DNA of 64,000 nt, taken from Peptococcaceae bacterium UBA5757 (GTDB taxonomy: Bacteria; Bacillota; Dehalobacteriia; UBA4068). Shown one piece after another: positions 58,408-64,000 of the stretch. Numbering within the stretch: position 1 is the stretch's first letter; each line of letters begins with the position of its first letter. The DNA lies in assembly GCA_002418965.1 (NCBI GenBank), contig DIFD01000018.1:289834-353833 (forward strand), given 5' to 3'. A program made the translations under genes and the position numbers. Below the pieces are notes generated by a model that was not told where the DNA came from, did no database searches, and worked only from the letters and a program-made list of their open reading frames with translations.

Positions 58408-60885
58408 TTACTTGACCACGATGTTAACAAGTTTATTCGGAACGGTAATGATCTTTACAGCCTGCTTGCCCTCACCTAGCCATTGGGCGAACTGGGCATG
58501 CTTTTTGACGACTTCCTCCAATGCCTTGGCATCCAGCCCGGAGGCAACAGCAAATCTTCCTTTAATTTTGCCGTTGACCTGGACAACGATCTCTACCTCA
58601 TCCTGCTCCAAAGCCGCCGTATCATACCCCGGCCAATTCTGACGGTGGACGCTGCCTAATTTGCCTGCTTGCTCCCATAATTCTTCGGCAATATGGGGCG
58701 CAAACGGAGCCAACATCAAAATCAAAGCTTCGGCAGCTTCGGCCAAAATAGCTGGTTTGGGATTAGGCGTCTCCAGATAATCATAAAGGGTATTGATGGC
58801 TTCCATGATGGCGCTGATGGCCGTATTAAAATTGAACCGCGTCCCGACGTCGTCCGTCACCCGTTTGATCATGGTATGAACAGCGCGGCGGGCGTCTTTG
58901 TCGGCTTTATCCAATTGAAGCTTATCTAAAGAAACATCCTGTCCTTTGGTCTGTTCAAAAATGGTCTGCTCTAAGCGCCAAATGCGGTTTAAAAAACGGT
59001 AGCAGCCTTCGACAGCGGCATTGTTCCATTCCAGGTCGCGTTCGGGCGGAGCGGCAAACAAAATAAAGATCCTGGCCGTATCAGCGCCGTACTTATTGAT
59101 GATCTCCTCAGGGCTGACCACATTGCCCTTAGATTTGCTCATCTTGCTACCGTCTTTTAAGACCATCCCCTGAGTTAAGAGATTGGTGAAAGGCTCGTCC
59201 ACGGCAACCAGACCTAAGTCACATAACACTTTGCAGAAGAAGCGGGCATACATGAGATGCAAAATAGCATGCTCCACACCGCCGATGTATTGATCGACGG
59301 CCATCCAGTAATCGACCTTTTCCCGGCTGAAGGCAACTTTTTCATTGTGCGGGTCGCAATAGCGCAAGAAATACCAGGAAGAACAAACAAATGTGTCCAT
59401 GGTATCCATCTCGTGCGTGGCTTTGCCGCCGCAAATGGGGCAGGTTGCCTGCGCGAACGTGGGGCTGGTTTTTAACGGCGATTCCCCTGTGGGTTTGAAT
59501 TCCACGTCCGTCGGCAGATAGACGGGCAGATGGTCGTCGGGAACGGCGACTTCGCCGCATTTTTGACAATATAAAATAGGAATGGGCGCGCCCCAGTAGC
59601 GCTGGCGAGAAATCAGCCAGTCGCGCAAACGGTAATTGATGACACGTGTGCCCATGCCTTGATCTTCGAAATAGTCCGCCATCTGTTCCATAGCCTCTTC
59701 GCGGTTCTTAAGACCGTCGAACTGCGCTGAACCTATCATAATCCCGTCGTCAACATAGGCTTCTTTTAAAGGAGCATCGGACGGATCATCTGGGTTTATA
59801 ATAACCTGTTTGATCGGCAGGCTGTACTTGGTGGCGAATTCAAAGTCCCGTTGATCATGCGCGGGAACACCCATAACGGCCCCTGTGCCGTAATCCATAA
59901 GGACATAATTGGTGATCCAAATCGGCACTTTTTGTCCGGTAACAGGGTTGATGGCAGTTGCGCCGATAAACATGCCTTCTTTTTCAAAATCATTGGCCAA
60001 GCGTTCCGTTGGGCTAATGGTGTGTACTTTACGGATAAACTTTTTCACATCGGCTTCGTATTTTGTACCATCGGTCAGTTTAGCGACCATAGGGTGCTCA
60101 GGCGCTAACACCATATAGGTGACACCGTAAACCGTGTCATGACGCGTCGTGAATACGGGCAAAGGATCGCCGGCTTCGGTAGCAAATTCCAGTTGCATAC
60201 CGTGGCTTCTGCCGATCCAGTTTTCCTGCATGATCTTGACTTTGTCCGGCCAACCGGGAAGTTTACTCAAATCGTCCAACAATCGTTGGGCATAATCCGT
60301 AATCTTAAAGAACCATTGTTCCAGATCTTTTTTCTCCACTACGCTATCGCAACGCTCACAATGTCCCTCGACCACCTGTTCGTTGGCAAGAACCGTAGCG
60401 CAGGAAGGACACCAGTTAACGGCAGCTTTTTTCTTATAGGCTAAGCCTTTTTTATACAGTTGCAAGAACAGCCATTGGGTCCAATGGTAATAATCGGGCA
60501 GACATGTTGCGACTTCCCGATCCCAGTCGTAGCTGATACCCATAGATTTGAGCTGTTTTCTCATATTGTTGATATTTTCTTTTGTCCACGGTTCAGGGGG
60601 GATGGATTTTTTGATGGCAGCGTTTTCGGCAGGTAAACCAAATGAATCCCACCCCATGGGATGCAGGACGTTATACCCTTGCATAGTTTTATAACGCGCC
60701 ACCACATCGCCGATGGAATAATTGCGCACATGTCCCATATGCAAATTACCCGACGGATAAGGGAACATTTCCAAAAGATAATATTTGGGTTTGTCTGAAG
60801 TTTCCGTCACGCGGTAGATTCCAGTGTTTTCCCAGGCCTTTTGCCATTTGGTTTCGATTGCCCCAAAGTCGTATTTTATTTCCAT
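58408..60885 (-). CDS. leuS: Leucine--tRNA ligase
   Basis: MFPYPSG.LHMGH (HIGH-like), [26 protein letters not shown]. Confidence 0.98.
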   Translation of the reverse strand: MEIKYDFGAIETKWQKAWENTGIYRVTETSDKPKYYLLEMFPYPSGNLHMGHVRNYSIGDVVARYKTMQGYNVLHPMGWDSFGLPAENAAIKKSIPPEPWTKENINNMRKQLKSMGISYDWDREVATCLPDYYHWTQWLFLQLYKKGLAYKKKAAVNWCPSCATVLANEQVVEGHCERCDSVVEKKDLEQWFFKITDYAQRLLDDLSKLPGWPDKVKIMQENWIGRSHGMQLEFATEAGDPLPVFTTRHDTVYGVTYMVLAPEHPMVAKLTDGTKYEADVKKFIRKVHTISPTERLANDFEKEGMFIGATAINPVTGQKVPIWITNYVLMDYGTGAVMGVPAHDQRDFEFATKYSLPIKQVIINPDDPSDAPLKEAYVDDGIMIGSAQFDGLKNREEAMEQMADYFEDQGMGTRVINYRLRDWLISRQRYWGAPIPILYCQKCGEVAVPDDHLPVYLPTDVEFKPTGESPLKTSPTFAQATCPICGGKATHEMDTMDTFVCSSWYFLRYCDPHNEKVAFSREKVDYWMAVDQYIGGVEHAILHLMYARFFCKVLCDLGLVAVDEPFTNLLTQGMVLKDGSKMSKSKGNVVSPEEIINKYGADTARIFILFAAPPERDLEWNNAAVEGCYRFLNRIWRLEQTIFEQTKGQDVSLDKLQLDKADKDARRAVHTMIKRVTDDVGTRFNFNTAISAIMEAINTLYDYLETPNPKPAILAEAAEALILMLAPFAPHIAEELWEQAGKLGSVHRQNWPGYDTAALEQDEVEIVVQVNGKIKGRFAVASGLDAKALEEVVKKHAQFAQWLGEGKQAVKIITVPNKLVNIVVK

Positions 60886-60932
60886 TGCCCTGCCTCCATG
60901 GTTTTATCTACTATTAAATTCTCCAACTTGTA

Positions 60933-60961
60933 ATTTTACTATACTTGACACAATTAGACAA
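60933..60961 (-). promoter_or_regulatory. SigA-type promoter of leuS
   Basis: TTGTCT-N17-TAAAAT, about 40 nt upstream of the start codon. Confidence 0.6.
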
Positions 60962-61216
60962 GCCCCTACTTGGATTTTGAGGCGTGTTGCCCCGTGAATT
61001 TTTACAAATGTATTGGTTGGTAGCTTTAGCGTTTCATGCTCCATCGGCGGGAGCGGTGAATACCTGAATCAAATTGTATTGCGAACATTTCCAGCAACCA
61101 AATTTCTTCTTACACAGTCTGTAATAAATGATCCGTTAGATATGCCCATTCAAAACCAATTTCACTCGCTCCATTAAAAAGGTTTTCTATCATTCCCCTT
61201 CATTTTTCAGTCTCTT

Positions 61217-61714
61217 TCAGTTGTCATATACCCCCTGGATGGTCGCCTGTGTCAAAATATGTCCTTGCATGGCCCAATAGAGTTCGTTCCAATAAAAACC
61301 CGGCTTCAAATCCAAAAGACAGTCCAGCGCAAAGACGTGCAGCTCATACGTATGGGGCGCATTAGGCGGGGCCATACCGCCATAAATACTGGTCGCAAGA
61401 CGATCCGCGCGGTCATATTTGCCGGACCAGCTTGTGGCTCCCTGGATAAAATCTTTGGCATCAATACTCTCGTTGGGCAATAGCTCCACTTTGGTCAGAT
61501 TGGCGCAAAGCCAATGAATCCAACAAAAGCCGCAGACCGGAACAGAATCCTTATCTTCTAAAAAAACAGCATACGATACGGTACCATAAGGCGGGTCGAG
61601 AATCTTGAAAGGTAAAGAATAGGTGACCATACCTGCAGAATTCCTTTTTTCTCCCCGTTTGCCGTACCGGTCTTGAATAACCCCGTTTATAATCCCAGAA
61701 CTTTTCAGTTTCAT
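61217..61714 (-). CDS. YbhB/YbcL family (PEBP / Raf kinase inhibitor-like) protein
   Basis: SYAVFLEDKD, WIHWLCAN, YGGMAPPNAPHTYELHVFALD; start reassigned to ATG 61714. Confidence 0.92.
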   Translation of the reverse strand: MKLKSSGIINGVIQDRYGKRGEKRNSAGMVTYSLPFKILDPPYGTVSYAVFLEDKDSVPVCGFCWIHWLCANLTKVELLPNESIDAKDFIQGATSWSGKYDRADRLATSIYGGMAPPNAPHTYELHVFALDCLLDLKPGFYWNELYWAMQGHILTQATIQGVYDN

Positions 61715-61933
61715 AAGACCACTCCTTTTAACTATTGTGTACATTATAATTGAAAAGAGCCGTTACATACAAGTAGTAGGTATAAAAATTGCATTGCCAA
61801 CAATACTAACCCATATAAATCTTTTTGGTGCGTTTAAGGTGTGGATAAAAGTATACTGCCTGTAAAAAATCAATACGGATATCCTTATAAGTCCTAACAA
61901 GATAAAATTGAAACCGGACGGATATGGATAGAT

Positions 61934-61965
61934 AAAAAGCAGCCGCTTGAAAGCGGCTGCTTTTT
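61934..61965 (-). terminator. Terminator after the SLH protein gene
   Basis: AAAAAGCAGCCGC-TTGAAA-GCGGCTGCTTTTT. Confidence 0.85.
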
Positions 61966-61979
61966 GTTTTACCGGCATG

Positions 61980-64000
61980 CTATACAATCAAATGCAATAA
62001 GGTAGCAATAATTTTTGCTGCCTCGGCGCGCGTGGCACAATCGGTGGGCGCAAATTGCCCCTCTCCCTTACCGTTGATGACACCGGCTTTTGTTAACAAC
62101 CCAACGGCATCCTTGGCATAAGAAGCGATCTGCGCTCCGTCGGTAAAAGCAACTGTTCCGTTTTGTTGCGCCAGGCTGATCTTTTGCGCAACCAAGCAAC
62201 GGACGATCATCACAACCAGATCCTGTCGGCTGATGGCGGCGTTGGGATTAAATTTTCCATCTGCACCCTGCGTGATACCACTTTCTTCCGCCCAGAGAAC
62301 ATATAGCTCAAACCAGGCTCCGGCAGCCACGTCGGTAAAGGAAGAATCCCCCGTTTGCTGCCAATCCGGCGCGAATGTGGCTGCCAGAATTTTCACAAAT
62401 TCCGCACGGGTCACAGGTTCATTCGGCGCAAACAAATTACAACTCCGTCCCTGCAAGATGCCGAGATCGACCAGATAGGAGATGGCATCGTACGCCCAAT
62501 GGCCTTGCGGTACGTCGATGAAGGAGGTACCGATCGTTGGGGTCTGTGTTTCTGTTGGCGTGCTTGTTACAGAACCACCCACGCCGGAGTTATTGGAATC
62601 ATCCCCTAAATCTGCTCCCAAATTACGCGTATAGAGCCACTCAACATAATTGCCTTTTTTTAGCTCATACGAGTCGGAAGAAATATCCGGGAACACGCCG
62701 TTGACGCTGAACATCCATCCGCTTTCGGCCGTTACGTCGAACTCGCTTAAATCCTCGATCGTTTGAACATAAGTACCGTAATCGGACTTGGTGTCGGCCA
62801 CATAATACAATCCCGTTTTGGTCAGCAGGCTGAAGGCAGTCTCATTGTCTTCGATGGTAATTTTTGTTTTAGCAAGATACGTCGTACCCTGCGGATCGGC
62901 TACACGGATATAGGCGTAATCACTACCTCCACCCGATGAGGAAGCGCGTACTGTCACCTGAAACGTCAGTTCGGTCCCCTCATAGCTCACCTTGACGGTT
63001 TTGTTGCCGGAAGTGGAACTATCAAAACCAAAGAAAGTCAGGTCATCCAAATCCAAAGTCTCATCATGACCATCGCTGTACCGGGCGCTGACGATCAGCC
63101 CCTGCGGATCAAATGCTTCCCCGATGGCATAGCTGGTTTGATCTGGCATGTGTTCCAGAGTCAGGCCAGATACCGTCACAGCCCCGGAACCGTCTTTTGT
63201 CGGGACATTAAACTGATAGGGTGAAACGGCCTGCCCCTCTCCTTCAACATATTGCCGATAGGCGGCCAAAGCGCGGAAACCCTGCTCCGTCGACAAGGCG
63301 TTTTTAGTCGCATTGCTGGAAGCCCCTATATAGTTGCTTTCATCCACATCTGGCGTATCCGGATTATCTGCCGTCACAAAACGCAACAAACCGTCGACAA
63401 CGCTGGATGTAAAATAGCTGTCTCCGTCATACCCCAGACAGGTCAAAGCAATCAACACCATGGCTGTCGAATTGCTGTTTGCAAAAGACCCGTTATCGGA
63501 TTGTTTGGCTCCCAGCCACGCCAATGCTGCGTCCGCAGCTCCTTTGACTTGCGGATCACTACTGTAATAGGGTGCGAGAGCCGAAATCACCATAGCCGTA
63601 ACATCTACATCGGCGGAAGAAGCTCCGGAGAGGCGCCAGGCCCCTATATTGCTGCCGCTTTGAATCTGTGTCAAGAGGATCGCGTCGATGACGGCTTCAC
63701 GGTCCCAGGTTCCCCCCACTGTATAATCGCCGCTGTCATAGGCTAAGAGGGCAAACAGGTACCCGTTCATGGTTCCCAAGCTGGTAAGATCGGCAATCTT
63801 GTCGATCATATCCACCTTAACTCCAGAGCCGTTGTCAAATCCAGATGCGTCATAGCCCAAAGCGGTCAAAACGATGGCTACCCGCTCCAGATCCGTCGCC
63901 AGCGTGCTGTTTTTAATCACATTACGGGCAACGCCCAGATAGGCATTTTGATCCACCTGATCAGGCAGCCCGTAAAAGGCCATATCCATCACGGGCCAGT
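61980..64000 (-). CDS. SLH-anchored surface protein: alpha/alpha-barrel repeats, Ig-like domain, DUF4430 and three SLH repeats (5' end outside the window)
   Basis: Barrel repeats (DVDVTAMVISALAPY, Q..GSF...NSTAMVLIAL); Big_3-like DQTSYAIGEAFDPQGLIVSARYSDG; DUF4430 GWMFSVNG...Y.L..G..VEWLYT; three SLH repeats. Frame stays open to the window edge. Confidence 0.9.
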   Translation of the reverse strand, partial: WPVMDMAFYGLPDQVDQNAYLGVARNVIKNSTLATDLERVAIVLTALGYDASGFDNGSGVKVDMIDKIADLTSLGTMNGYLFALLAYDSGDYTVGGTWDREAVIDAILLTQIQSGSNIGAWRLSGASSADVDVTAMVISALAPYYSSDPQVKGAADAALAWLGAKQSDNGSFANSNSTAMVLIALTCLGYDGDSYFTSSVVDGLLRFVTADNPDTPDVDESNYIGASSNATKNALSTEQGFRALAAYRQYVEGEGQAVSPYQFNVPTKDGSGAVTVSGLTLEHMPDQTSYAIGEAFDPQGLIVSARYSDGHDETLDLDDLTFFGFDSSTSGNKTVKVSYEGTELTFQVTVRASSSGGGSDYAYIRVADPQGTTYLAKTKITIEDNETAFSLLTKTGLYYVADTKSDYGTYVQTIEDLSEFDVTAESGWMFSVNGVFPDISSDSYELKKGNYVEWLYTRNLGADLGDDSNNSGVGGSVTSTPTETQTPTIGTSFIDVPQGHWAYDAISYLVDLGILQGRSCNLFAPNEPVTRAEFVKILAATFAPDWQQTGDSSFTDVAAGAWFELYVLWAEESGITQGADGKFNPNAAISRQDLVVMIVRCLVAQKISLAQQNGTVAFTDGAQIASYAKDAVGLLTKAGVINGKGEGQFAPTDCATRAEAAKIIATLLHLIV

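Overview
Core-genome segment of an endospore-forming, low-GC Firmicute (Clostridia-like; the gene set resembles Peptococcaceae-type lineages, which is inference). Nearly all genes are on the minus strand. In window order: smc (truncated), Elp3-like radical SAM, rnc, acpP, plsX, rpmF, yceD, ackA, ylbJ, rsmD, a decayed PAS/HD-GYP gene, gpr, an alpha/beta SASP, recG, fakA-like DAK2, asp23, rpmB, yebC, yunB, PBP1A, mutS2, U32 family, NIF3-like, zapA, pheT, pheS, yqzL, trmH, ktrA, rplT, rpmI, infC (AUU start, L20 leader), thrS, ytxC, rpsU, HIT, mtaB, prmA, dnaJ, dnaK, grpE, hrcA (CIRCE), hemW, lepA, murJ, spoIIP, rpsT, holA, comEC, comEA, leuS, YbhB/YbcL and a truncated SLH surface protein. I saw no IS, prophage, CRISPR, rRNA or tRNA. 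The most striking unexplained signal is in the 577-nt spoIIP-murJ gap: three tandem units about 167 nt apart, each starting at a TRTGnTATAAT-type promoter. Two of them are clear paralogues with covarying hairpins and no conserved ORF, so this is a candidate undescribed structured-ncRNA array. Other notable points: no T-box riboswitch at pheS, thrS or leuS; gpr moved next to its SASP substrate while rpsT is flipped; several normally syntenic genes are missing (coaD, rsmE, pta/tmcAL, the Ktr membrane subunit); and the SLH protein has a transcobalamin-like domain pair. All RNA structures and promoters were assigned by eye, without folding or database searches.
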